64,000 nt of DNA. It comes from Candidatus Poribacteria bacterium. GTDB taxonomy: Bacteria; Poribacteria; WGA-4E; PCPOR2b. Position 1 is the first letter of the stretch, and each line of letters begins with the position of its first letter. The notes beneath the pieces are model-generated. The model was not told where the DNA came from, did no database searches, and worked only from the letters and a program-made list of their open reading frames with translations. Position numbers and translations under genes: made by a program. This document shows positions 48,787 through 58,074 of the stretch, in pieces. The stretch lies in NCBI GenBank assembly GCA_965198175.1, contig OZ240245.1, forward strand, positions 3,776,001-3,840,000, in the 5' to 3' direction.

Positions 48787-49974
48787 CTATGAAGTTGACG
48801 ATTGGCAATTGTCGGTTAAACGCACCGCGTTAAAAGCGTGAATCGCTGCATCCAAATCTTCAGGCGTATGGGTCGCCATCACAGAAATCCGCAGACGCCC
48901 CGTCCCTTCAGGCACGGTAGGCGGACGGACAGCCGGCGCGTATACGCCGTAATCAAGCAACATCTCGGCAAACTGTGAGGTGACTTCTGCGGAGCCAAGA
49001 ATCAGTGGAAGGATTTGGGTTTTGGACGGCAAAAGTCGGAATCCCGCTTCAGACAGCGCGGTTGTTAGATGTCGTGTGTTGGAGAACAAACGGCGACGTA
49101 ACTCAGGGGTTGAACACATCGCATCAATTGCAGCCGAAGCAGCAGCCAATGTTGCTGGCGGCAAGCCTGTCGAGAAAATGAAGCTGCGTGCGCGGTTTAT
49201 CAGAAGATCAATCAACATGCGACTGCCCGCAACGTATCCTCCCAACCCACCAATGGCTTTGCTCAGAGTTCCCATCTGGATAATGTCCTGATTCTCCAGT
49301 CCGAAATGCTCAACTGTACCTCCACCCGATTTTCCTAAAACACCAAAGCTGTGTGCATCATCGACCATCACCATCGCATTGTATCTTTCAGCCAAGTCAC
49401 AAATCTCAGGAAGCGGTGCGATGTCGCCGTCCATACTGAAGACGCCATCAGTCACAATCAGCTTTCGCCCGAATGTTGCCGATTGTGTCAGTAGTGATTC
49501 CAGATGGTCAATATCTCGATGTCGATAAATCTGCGTTCTCGCTTTACTCAGACGACAACCATCTATAATGCTGGCGTGATTGAGCGCGTCGCTGAGGATA
49601 AGATCACCATCACCCGCCAACACAGGGATTGCACCGATATTCGCTAGATAGCCAGAACTGAAGACTAAGGTGGCTTCGGTTCCCTTCACTTCAGCAATCT
49701 TCGCCTCAAGATTGTTGTACAGTTGAATATTTCCCGTTAGCAATCGCGAGCCGCTTGCTCCTGTTCCATATTCCCGCACCGCGTCAGCCGCGGCTTCAAT
49801 CACTTTCGGGTGAGTACTCAAGCCGAGGTAGTTATTCGATCCAAGGGTGATGACTTCCCGCCCATCAAGCACAACGCGCCCTGTTGGAGCTGTCATGACA
49901 GCGCGCAGAAATCTTCGGTGCCCTGCCTTGTGAAGGCAATCCAATTCTGCTTGAATCCAGCTGTCTCTATCCAC
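48787..49974 (-). CDS. bioF: 8-amino-7-oxononanoate synthase
   Basis: SNNYLGL, GASGSRLLTG, SDALNHASIIDG, DGVFSMDGD, DDAH, GTLSKA, RPPTVP. Confidence 0.88.
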   Translation of the reverse strand: MDRDSWIQAELDCLHKAGHRRFLRAVMTAPTGRVVLDGREVITLGSNNYLGLSTHPKVIEAAADAVREYGTGASGSRLLTGNIQLYNNLEAKIAEVKGTEATLVFSSGYLANIGAIPVLAGDGDLILSDALNHASIIDGCRLSKARTQIYRHRDIDHLESLLTQSATFGRKLIVTDGVFSMDGDIAPLPEICDLAERYNAMVMVDDAHSFGVLGKSGGGTVEHFGLENQDIIQMGTLSKAIGGLGGYVAGSRMLIDLLINRARSFIFSTGLPPATLAAASAAIDAMCSTPELRRRLFSNTRHLTTALSEAGFRLLPSKTQILPLILGSAEVTSQFAEMLLDYGVYAPAVRPPTVPEGTGRLRISVMATHTPEDLDAAIHAFNAVRLTDNCQSSTS

Positions 49975-50354
49975 CAGATTGGCCTCTGTCTTAATAGAGA
50001 TCGAGAGACTCCTTTAAGCCAACCGATCATTTTCGGAAATATCAATCACTTCTAGCCACAACTTAAACTAGACCGACAAGTCGTTTCATCTCATCATCCG
50101 TCACCTGGCGCATGCCAAGTCTTGCCCAACGTACTAGCAGTTTTTCTGCACGCCGCGCGGGGGATTTCCGAGGTTTTCAGTATAAAGGGAACAACACCAC
50201 CATAGATGCCCCCCTAAGGTTTGTCCTGCGCCAGTCGAGGTCTGCGTTACTATTTTGTAACACACTCTTCGTCGAGGACAAATACGATTTCCTAGTTATC
50301 CTTTATCCACGCTACCTGTGATTGGCACACAGCGTAGTAAGATATCAATCAGAT

Positions 50355-51752
50355 TCACAATCCACTATCATCCGTATCTCTATCGCCTTTGTTCAACCAA
50401 CCATAGGATTCCAGCTTGCGGTAAAGCGTTCGCAAGCCAATGCCCAACATCTCAGCAGCACGTTTTTTATTTCCGCCGGTTTCTGTTAAGGTGTTGGCAA
50501 TTGCCTCTTTTTCAATTTCATCCATTGTCATTCCAACCTTTGCGAAAGCATCATCTGAGGTTGGCGCGAGAAACGGGATTTCATTCTGGAATTCAGAGGC
50601 AAGATCCCTGAGTTCGATAGTATGCGATGTTGCCAAGATGACCGCCGTTTCGAGAACATTGCGTAGCTCACGGATGTTTCCAGGCCAATCAGCGTTTTTT
50701 AGATATTCCATCGCTTCAGGGGTAACATGGGTGAGCGATTTGTTATGCTCCTTGCTAAATTCTCTAATAAACGCCGTAACGAGAAGCGGAATATCTTCAT
50801 TGCGCTCTCTCAACGGGGGTACCGGCAGCGGAAATCGGTTGATTCGGTAATAGAGATCGGCTCGGAACGCATTGTCTTGCACAGCGCCTTCGAGATCCTT
50901 ATTTGTTGCAGCAATGACTCGGACATCAACGTGTAAGGTTTTATCCCCTCCAAGCCTGGTAAATTCGTGTTCGTCTAACACCCTCAAGAACTTAACCTGT
51001 GTTTCAAGTCCCATTTCCCCGATTTCATCAAGAAACAGCGTCCCGCCATCTGCTTGTTCGAATACTCCCCGTTTCATCGCAGTCGCGCCAGTAAAAGCGC
51101 CTCGCTCGTGACCAAAGAGTTCGCTTTCGAGAAGTTCGCGGTGAAGCGCACCACAGTTGATTGGTTTGTACGAACTGTCTCTCCGAGGACTGTGATTGTG
51201 AATTGCCTTCGCAATAAGTTCCTTTCCGACTCCACTTTCACCGGTAATAAGTACTGTTGCCTTTGTCGGAGCAACGAGCCGAATCTTGCGAAAGAGTTCC
51301 AGCATCTGTTTGGATCTGCCTATAATATTGTCAAATCCGAACTTGTCATCAAGCTGTTCCCTTAGGATGATATTTTGACGTAAGAGCAACTGCTTTTCCA
51401 GCGCGTTTATCACTGTTTGGCGCAAGGTATTGATCTCTATTGGCTTCTTGAGGTAATAAAACGCGCCTTCTCTCATTGCTTCAACTGCGCTATCAATCGT
51501 GCCATAGCCCGTTAAGATAATTACCTGTGTGTGGAGGTTATAATTTTGAATATACTTAAGCAGATCGATACCGCTCAAATCCGGCATCTTGAGATCCGTG
51601 ATAACAACATCGATATCTTCTTCGCGTAGGATTTCAAGCGCCTGATGTCCGCCCGACGCCGAAAAGAGCTGATACCCTTCACGTTCTAAGACTTCAATGG
51701 TTGTCTCAACGCTTGCCGTATCGTCGTCCACGACAAGTATTTTCGGGTTCAT
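50355..51752 (-). CDS. Sigma54-dependent Fis-family response regulator (NtrC/AtoC-like)
   Basis: Receiver ILVVDDD..TDLKMP. GESGVGKE, ESELFGHE.GAFTGA, FLDEIGE, WPGNIREL, C-terminal HTH. Confidence 0.93.
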   Translation of the reverse strand: MNPKILVVDDDTASVETTIEVLEREGYQLFSASGGHQALEILREEDIDVVITDLKMPDLSGIDLLKYIQNYNLHTQVIILTGYGTIDSAVEAMREGAFYYLKKPIEINTLRQTVINALEKQLLLRQNIILREQLDDKFGFDNIIGRSKQMLELFRKIRLVAPTKATVLITGESGVGKELIAKAIHNHSPRRDSSYKPINCGALHRELLESELFGHERGAFTGATAMKRGVFEQADGGTLFLDEIGEMGLETQVKFLRVLDEHEFTRLGGDKTLHVDVRVIAATNKDLEGAVQDNAFRADLYYRINRFPLPVPPLRERNEDIPLLVTAFIREFSKEHNKSLTHVTPEAMEYLKNADWPGNIRELRNVLETAVILATSHTIELRDLASEFQNEIPFLAPTSDDAFAKVGMTMDEIEKEAIANTLTETGGNKKRAAEMLGIGLRTLYRKLESYGWLNKGDRDTDDSGL

Positions 51753-52039
51753 CGCACCACCTGACCTTGGCATAAGCTATGCCAAACCGATTTCGGATTG
51801 TAATATTCCATCTTGCTCACTTAATACGACAATAGACAAGTATTGGCAATACGGTACAGGAACTTCCTGACCACATTACTGGCACAAGGATTATGCTATA
51901 GTGAATAACGCAAGCGTCCTAAAACTATCTGACCGTGCATAGTGTTCTTCAACTTAATTCGATTGATGAAGAAATTGAGGAATCTACTCGGAACTACAAT
52001 GCGAAAAAAAACAGCCTAATCCAGTAGTTGGAGATTCGC

Positions 52040-52837
52040 CTAATGCTTAACGCCTCTTTTTACCGGCAACAAGATTGAAAAGGTTGTGTTGTGATTAGCT
52101 TGGCTTCTCACCTTTACGCTACCACCATGGCTTTCAACGACTTGTTTTACAATGGCTAGACCAACACCTGTCCCATCTTCTTTCGTGGAAACAAACAAAT
52201 CGAAGATTCTGTCGAGAATGACCGCATCAATACCCTTGCCAGTATCTTCCACTTCGATTTGGATTTGCCCCTTCAAATCCCTTGCGCGAACAATGAGTTT
52301 TCCGCCGTCTTCCATCGCCTGATGGGCGTTAATCACCAAATTTAGCAGAGCCTGTTTGAATTGCGCTCGATCGAGTTGGGTGAGAGGGAGTTCTTGGATT
52401 TCACGGATGACCTGAATGTTCTGTCTTTGTGCTTCTGGCTCGTTAAAATCCAGAACCTCCTCAATGAGCATAGCAAGGTCAACAACTTCAAGCGTTAATG
52501 GAGACAGCCGAGCATAACGGCGAAAATCGGTTAATATCCGATTTAAATGTTCAACCTCTTGGCGAATGCGGCGAACGCGCTTTTGTAGATCTTTTCGATC
52601 TCTTTGGGTATCGGAAAAATCTTCCTCCAAGAGTTGAAGGTTCAAGCTCATACTATTCAGCGGATTCCGTATTTCATGAACCAATTCTCGAGCAAGTGCG
52701 CGCATCTGTTCATTATCTTTGCCGTTCGCTGATTGCCTGCCGTAGATGAACTTTTTTTGCCAAACAGAAGCAACGGCGATACAAACGATGAGAACTAGAA
52801 TGAATCCACCCAGAATGACCCACCAGACACTACTCAT
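52040..52837 (-). CDS. Histidine kinase with a single N-terminal TM and no evident sensor domain
   Basis: HEIRNPL, NL..NA, D.G.G, F.STK..GTG.GL. Confidence 0.9.
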   Translation of the reverse strand: MSSVWWVILGGFILVLIVCIAVASVWQKKFIYGRQSANGKDNEQMRALARELVHEIRNPLNSMSLNLQLLEEDFSDTQRDRKDLQKRVRRIRQEVEHLNRILTDFRRYARLSPLTLEVVDLAMLIEEVLDFNEPEAQRQNIQVIREIQELPLTQLDRAQFKQALLNLVINAHQAMEDGGKLIVRARDLKGQIQIEVEDTGKGIDAVILDRIFDLFVSTKEDGTGVGLAIVKQVVESHGGSVKVRSQANHNTTFSILLPVKRGVKH

Positions 52838-53053
52838 AAAATCTTATAGGACGCCTCCTATAAAGAAAGGCATCATTCATGGCGTCTGGCGCTTGTCCCC
52901 ATGAAATCTGATGCTATGTTACTCGCCGGATGCCTTGTATCAAGATAATCGTCTAAGTTATGGAGATGAATTGTGGAATCGGGGAAAGTCGGTTGTCAAG
53001 CCGATAGCGATTGAACCGGAAGGGGCTATGCGATGAAGGTCAAATAATAATGA

Positions 53054-54214
53054 TTAAGCTGTCTGTCTTTGATTTCTTAGATGCCACACATGTAAAATCG
53101 GACTCGCAACAAAAATTGATGAATAAGTACCAACAACGACTCCAACAATCAGGGCGAACGCAAACGTGTTAATTTCCTCACCAGGACTTGATAGCGCAAA
53201 GACTGTGAGAACCACAAAGAACGTTGTCAATGAGGTGATAATGGTACGGCTCAGCGATTGGTTGATGCTTTGGTTGATAATATCAACATAGTCCACGCCT
53301 TTAAACAGGTTTGTATTTTCACGGATGCGATCAAAGACAACGATTGTATCATTGAGAGAGTAACCGATAATTGTCAGAAATGCCGCCACCGTTGGCAGAT
53401 TGATTTCTTTCACTAACAACGAAAAAATTCCTAATGTAATCAGCACATCGTGGATGAGAGCTGCAATCGCACCGACAGCAAACCGAAATTCAAATCGCCA
53501 GGAAATATACAAAAGCAGAATTACAATCGACCATAAAATCGACCACAAAGCCGCCCATTTAAGATCTTTCCCTACGCTCGGTCCCACCTCAGAGACGTTT
53601 ACACCCTGTGGCAGCGCGTGCCAATCGGCATCCCCTCTCAGTAAGGCATCCGAGAGTATCCGTCCAGCACTTGCTTGCATCTGCACCTCTGCTTCGGATG
53701 TAAAGTCAACGCCAATCGGCTCGGCGAGTTCAAACGTAATCATCTCATCTTGCTCCACAATTTCGCGGATTTCATTTCTCGCTCGCTTTTCTCCTTCAAT
53801 GAGTTGTATAACATCGCCAGACTGAAAAAGATGAACATATTCCACCGTAGGACGGATTTGAAGGCTTGCCGCTGTAGCGTCTCCGGGGTCTGAAGCCAAA
53901 AGGGCAGTAATCTTTTGGTCTTCAAATTCCGGTTGGTATCGCATATCAATTGATGCTTCCTGTTTCGCTTCATCTTCTTGAATCTTGGGACGATCGTAGC
54001 CAAGTTGTGCCAGTTTAGATTTGAGTTCTTTCTCCGTAACGGGACGGTTAAATTTTGCACGAATCTTGACACCCCCGCGAAAGTCAATTCCAAAATTGGG
54101 ACCATTGTGAATCCCAAGCGAAACCAATCCAATGATAATGAGAATTGTGGATAAGAAGAACCCTATCTTCCTTTTTCCGAGAAAATTGATATTTGTATTT
54201 CTTATTAGTTCCAA
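53054..54214 (-). CDS. secF: Protein translocase subunit SecF
   Basis: GIDFRGG, VGPSVG, RFE.RFA, HDV.IT, GYSLNDTIVVFDRIRE, GTYSSIFVA. Confidence 0.95.
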   Translation of the reverse strand: MELIRNTNINFLGKRKIGFFLSTILIIIGLVSLGIHNGPNFGIDFRGGVKIRAKFNRPVTEKELKSKLAQLGYDRPKIQEDEAKQEASIDMRYQPEFEDQKITALLASDPGDATAASLQIRPTVEYVHLFQSGDVIQLIEGEKRARNEIREIVEQDEMITFELAEPIGVDFTSEAEVQMQASAGRILSDALLRGDADWHALPQGVNVSEVGPSVGKDLKWAALWSILWSIVILLLYISWRFEFRFAVGAIAALIHDVLITLGIFSLLVKEINLPTVAAFLTIIGYSLNDTIVVFDRIRENTNLFKGVDYVDIINQSINQSLSRTIITSLTTFFVVLTVFALSSPGEEINTFAFALIVGVVVGTYSSIFVASPILHVWHLRNQRQTA

Positions 54215-54292
54215 CCCATTGTCTCCTTGCTATTTAGGCGTTAAGCGTCAGGTGTTAAGGTATAAGTCGTGAAAGGCGGTTCGGCACTGACC

Positions 54293-56263
54293 TCAAATGC
54301 TCAATTTCTTAACGTCGCGGCGTCCGATGATCCAACCGTACATTTCCCGTGTGACAACAATAGCCGTAAACATACTCGCGAGGATACCAATTCCTAACGT
54401 GACTGCAAATCCCCTGATGGGGCCCGTTCCAAAATGGTATAGTACCAGCGCGACAGCTAACGTCGTAACATTCGCATCAAGAATTGTCCAAAACGCCCGC
54501 TGATATCCGCTTACAATTGCAGACCATACGGTTTTCCCGGTACGTAGTTCCTCACGGATGCGTTCGAAAATGAGCACATTAGCATCAACGGAAATTCCTA
54601 TTGTCAAGACAAGCCCGGCAAGCCCAGGCAGCGTTAAAGCCGCACCGAACCCCGCGAGTGCACCTAAAATTACTATCATGTTAAACACAAGCGCAACAAG
54701 CGCAATTAGGCCCGACAGCTTATAGTAAATCACCATGAAGATAAGGACACACGTCATACCAATGATTGCGGCTTTAATCCCGTTATCAATGGCTTCCTTG
54801 CCTAGTGTCGGTCCCACGGTGCGTTCTTCCGCAATTTTAACCCCAGTTGGGAATGCGCCTGCTTTGAGGATGTTCGCCAAGTAATTCGCCTCCTCGAAGG
54901 TAAAATTCCCTTGAATCTGTGCCCCTCCAACAATTTTGTCCTTAATGACCGGCGCCGATTGAATTTTTCCATCAAGGAGAATTGCTAGATGTTCACCTAT
55001 GTGCTCTCCAGTGATTTCAGCGAACTTCCGACGACCTTGGGAATCGAAATTCATAAGCACTACAATGTCAAATTGTGTTTGCCCCGGAGCCGGGTCGGCG
55101 TTGGTGATTCGATCTCCCGTCAGTAAGATTGGACGTTCCAACACATACCAGTCCCCTGTCTCGTAGTGGTATCGAATTTCTGTGTTTTCAGGGGGATTAT
55201 CTGGCTGCGGGATATCCGGAGGACCTGACCATAAGTTGCCACCGGTCGGATGCTTCGCAACCAGTTTGAATTCTAAGCGTCCCATAGTTTTTACAATCCG
55301 TAAAGGTTTGGAGGAGTCCTTGGCGCCTGGCAATTCAACAATTATTCGCGGTCGGTTGGCTTCAGGTCGGATGGAAGGTTCAGCGACGCCAAACGCATCG
55401 ACACGGTTTCGCAAGACTATTAATACTTGTTCAATAGCTTGCTCGCTGTACTTTTCGATTCCAGAATCACTTAGGTAAATCCGATAGATGCCCCGGGTAT
55501 CGGTTTGAGACACTTCTTTCGCGTCCTCAAAAAACTCCTCTTCGTTAAGGATTCTCTCTACCTTCTCCAAATATTCCTGCTTTTGACTCTCGTCCGACCT
55601 GTATCTAGACGGAATCCCAACAATCACCTCCAAACCCTTTGGTCCCTCGACCTGCTCCACCACTCTTAAATCCTCTTTTCTGCATAAAATGTCTTTGTCG
55701 CGCTCGCGCATGCGATCTGGAATCGAGGAGATGCGTTCTCTGAGCAGTTCGTTTTTCGACTCTTCCAAATCAACTTCGAGAACAAGATGGACGCCGCCTT
55801 TCAGGTCCAACCCGAGTTTTAGGCGATTGTCCGGTATCAACCGACGCACGATTGTCGGGATGCGACCATTAAGGTGGAGATTAGCCAAAATCGTCGCTAG
55901 TTCTGTTTCATTCTTTTCGTCGGTGAATTTGGCCAAAAACTCGCGCTTTTCTGTTGTATCAAATTCATAGTCAGCACCTTCCTCAAATCCATGTTTACCC
56001 AACTGTGCTCGTAAAATATCCGAGAGTTCAATCACAGCATCGTTGAAATTGCTTCCTTCTGGGTATTGGATATCTTGCAGACCAACTTTTAACGCACCAT
56101 CTTCGGTTGTTTCAAAGTCGGGGAATTCCTCTTGCATCCAAAGGGAAAGATTTCCGTATAGTGGGTCGTAAAGGGAATCTGGGGTGGGAACAAGGTACAA
56201 CGCTGAAAACACAAATACAGCAATAATTAAAACGAGCTTCCAAACACTAAACCTGTACATCAA
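54293..56263 (-). CDS. secD: Protein translocase subunit SecD
   Basis: LGLDLKGG, R.D.FGVAEP, RI.VELPG, VGPTLG, LTLPG.AG, VDANVLIFERIREE, GP.RGFAVTL. Confidence 0.95.
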   Translation of the reverse strand: MMYRFSVWKLVLIIAVFVFSALYLVPTPDSLYDPLYGNLSLWMQEEFPDFETTEDGALKVGLQDIQYPEGSNFNDAVIELSDILRAQLGKHGFEEGADYEFDTTEKREFLAKFTDEKNETELATILANLHLNGRIPTIVRRLIPDNRLKLGLDLKGGVHLVLEVDLEESKNELLRERISSIPDRMRERDKDILCRKEDLRVVEQVEGPKGLEVIVGIPSRYRSDESQKQEYLEKVERILNEEEFFEDAKEVSQTDTRGIYRIYLSDSGIEKYSEQAIEQVLIVLRNRVDAFGVAEPSIRPEANRPRIIVELPGAKDSSKPLRIVKTMGRLEFKLVAKHPTGGNLWSGPPDIPQPDNPPENTEIRYHYETGDWYVLERPILLTGDRITNADPAPGQTQFDIVVLMNFDSQGRRKFAEITGEHIGEHLAILLDGKIQSAPVIKDKIVGGAQIQGNFTFEEANYLANILKAGAFPTGVKIAEERTVGPTLGKEAIDNGIKAAIIGMTCVLIFMVIYYKLSGLIALVALVFNMIVILGALAGFGAALTLPGLAGLVLTIGISVDANVLIFERIREELRTGKTVWSAIVSGYQRAFWTILDANVTTLAVALVLYHFGTGPIRGFAVTLGIGILASMFTAIVVTREMYGWIIGRRDVKKLSI

Positions 56264-56280
56264 TTTCTCCTAGACTAAGA

Positions 56281-56356
56281 TGGTGCACCTGGGAGGATTC
56301 GAACCCCCGACACGAGGCTTAGGAAGCCTCTGCTCTATCCTCTGAGCTACAGGCGC
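56281..56356 (-). tRNA. tRNA-Arg (anticodon CCT)
   Basis: GCGCCTGTAGCTCAGAGGATAGAGCAGAGGCTTCCTAAGCCTCGTGTCGGGGGTTCGAATCCTCCCAGGTGCACCA folds as a cloverleaf with encoded CCA. Confidence 0.96.
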
Positions 56357-56398
56357 AGACTTCCTGCGTTGCATACCAATAATCCATTTAAGCGCATA

Positions 56399-56427
56399 AG
56401 TATAGCATATCGGATGTTAAAATTCAA
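56399..56427 (-). promoter_or_regulatory. Promoter of the tRNA gene, overlapping the apt 3' end
   Basis: Minus strand TTGAAT-N17-TATACT with extended -10 TG. Confidence 0.55.
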
Positions 56428-56932
56428 TTAGAGAAAAAATATCGTAATCTGAGAATTTCTCGCGCCCTTTTAGAAAGGTAAGTTCAATCAATACGGGGAT
56501 CCCAATTACGTGTCCCCCCAGTTTTTCAACGAGTTCAATGGAAGCTGCAATTGTGCCACCCGTTGCAATAACGTCATCACAGATTAACACACGACTCTCC
56601 GCCGGAAATGCGTCCTGGTGGATTGTCAGCGTATCGGTCCCGTACTCTAGGTCATAACTAGCCTCAAAGGTATCAAAAGGTAGTTTGCCCTTTTTACGAA
56701 TAGGGACGAAGCCGACACCCAATCGGCATGCTAACGCGCCACCGAGAATAAAACCCCGCGCATCAATACCAACAACAACATCAACCGCAGTCGGTTCATA
56801 ATGAGATGCCATCACATGAATTGCATCTGGAAAGGCGGTTTTGTCTTTGAGTAGAGGTGTGATATCTTTGAAAACGATTCCCGGTTTGGGAAAATTGGGA
56901 ATATCGCGAATAAACTTAGAGAAATCGGCCAT
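56417..56932 (-). CDS. apt: Adenine phosphoribosyltransferase
   Basis: IPNFPKPGI.FKDITPLL, ARGF, RKKGKLP, Y.LEYG.D, DD..ATGGT. Confidence 0.96.
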   Translation of the reverse strand: MADFSKFIRDIPNFPKPGIVFKDITPLLKDKTAFPDAIHVMASHYEPTAVDVVVGIDARGFILGGALACRLGVGFVPIRKKGKLPFDTFEASYDLEYGTDTLTIHQDAFPAESRVLICDDVIATGGTIAASIELVEKLGGHVIGIPVLIELTFLKGREKFSDYDIFSLIEF

Positions 56933-57087
56933 TAAATCACTCCAATCTAGATGTGGGACGATGCGGCTGGAGGTCGGTCCTTTCTGTTATCGGCGAAACC
57001 TGTGCGCCCCACCCAATCTTGAAGTCAGTTAGATTTGTTGGCAACTTTGAAGGATTAAATGATTGCAGGGTTGCCCATTCTTCGTAA

Positions 57088-57945
57088 TTATTGAAAGGCT
57101 TCGTGGGTTTGTTGGACAATATGCGCAATGTCATCACGCCAGTCGGGTGGGTGCTCTCCAGAATTCCGATTCATCCAAAGAAGATATTCGATATTACCTG
57201 CGGGACCTTGAATTGGTGAATACGTGAGACCCATAACGGGCCAGTCTATCTCCTGGGCAAATTGGATAATCTCCTGAAGCACGTGAACATGGATATGGGG
57301 ATGCCGCACAACACCTCCCTTGCCTACATGTTTTCGTCCAGCCTCGAACTGAGGTTTTACCAGTGCGATAATATCTCCCTTGGATTCAACAATCTGGCTA
57401 ACAACCGGTAAGACTTTCTGAAGTGAGATAAAGGCGACATCTATGACGCCAATTTCAACCGGTTCATCGAAAAGATTTAGGTCAATCGTACGGATGTTGG
57501 TCCGCTCTATAGGGCAAACCCGCGGATCTATACGAAGACGCCAGGCAAGCTCACCATAACCAACATCAACTGCATACACAAATTTTGCTCCGTGCTGAAG
57601 CAGACAATCTGTAAAGCCGCCGGTCGATGCTCCAACATCAACGGCGACTTTCTCGTGAACATTGGTCTGGAAAATCTTCAACCCTTTTTCTAACTTTAAC
57701 CCGCCCCGACTTACGTACCGTAACGGGCGCTTGACATCAATGGTTGCACCGACGGGTATAAGACGTCCTGGCTTGACCTTCGGTTCACCTTCGACGAGAA
57801 CCTGTCCGGCGAGGATTAACTGTTTCGCCCGTTCACGACTTTCGGCGAGTCCTCGTTCAACAACTAACATATCGAGCCTCTTTTTCCGAGAACCTAAGAT
57901 TGTTGGAGATGGGAGCTTTTCTACCATCTCACCTGCTCCTGACAT
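57088..57945 (-). CDS. tlyA: TlyA family rRNA 2'-O-methyltransferase
   Basis: S4 domain RLD.LV..GLA.SR, YVSRGG.KL, D.GASTGGFTD.LLQ, L.KPQFE, SPI.G..GN.EYL. Confidence 0.93.
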   Translation of the reverse strand: MSGAGEMVEKLPSPTILGSRKKRLDMLVVERGLAESRERAKQLILAGQVLVEGEPKVKPGRLIPVGATIDVKRPLRYVSRGGLKLEKGLKIFQTNVHEKVAVDVGASTGGFTDCLLQHGAKFVYAVDVGYGELAWRLRIDPRVCPIERTNIRTIDLNLFDEPVEIGVIDVAFISLQKVLPVVSQIVESKGDIIALVKPQFEAGRKHVGKGGVVRHPHIHVHVLQEIIQFAQEIDWPVMGLTYSPIQGPAGNIEYLLWMNRNSGEHPPDWRDDIAHIVQQTHEAFQ

Positions 57946-58074
57946 AAACAGTTACACTAATTTTCCAAATGAAAGTGTATTATGCTGTAGTAGCGATTTT
58001 CAAGTTTTGAATTTGTAAGAATCAACATGTCCTCGATTTGCACAACATCCGCGAAATACGGTGCGATCCTTGTT

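Noticed and set aside
54234..54268. Degenerate heptamer run (TTAGGCG TTAAGCG TCAGGTG TTAAGGT) between secD and secF, and a CTTCC-rich run near 46770-46800
   Set aside because: Short, low-complexity intergenic repeats with no evidence of function.
56281..56356. tRNA as an integration site
   Set aside because: Flanked by housekeeping genes; no integrase or duplicated tRNA 3' end was seen.
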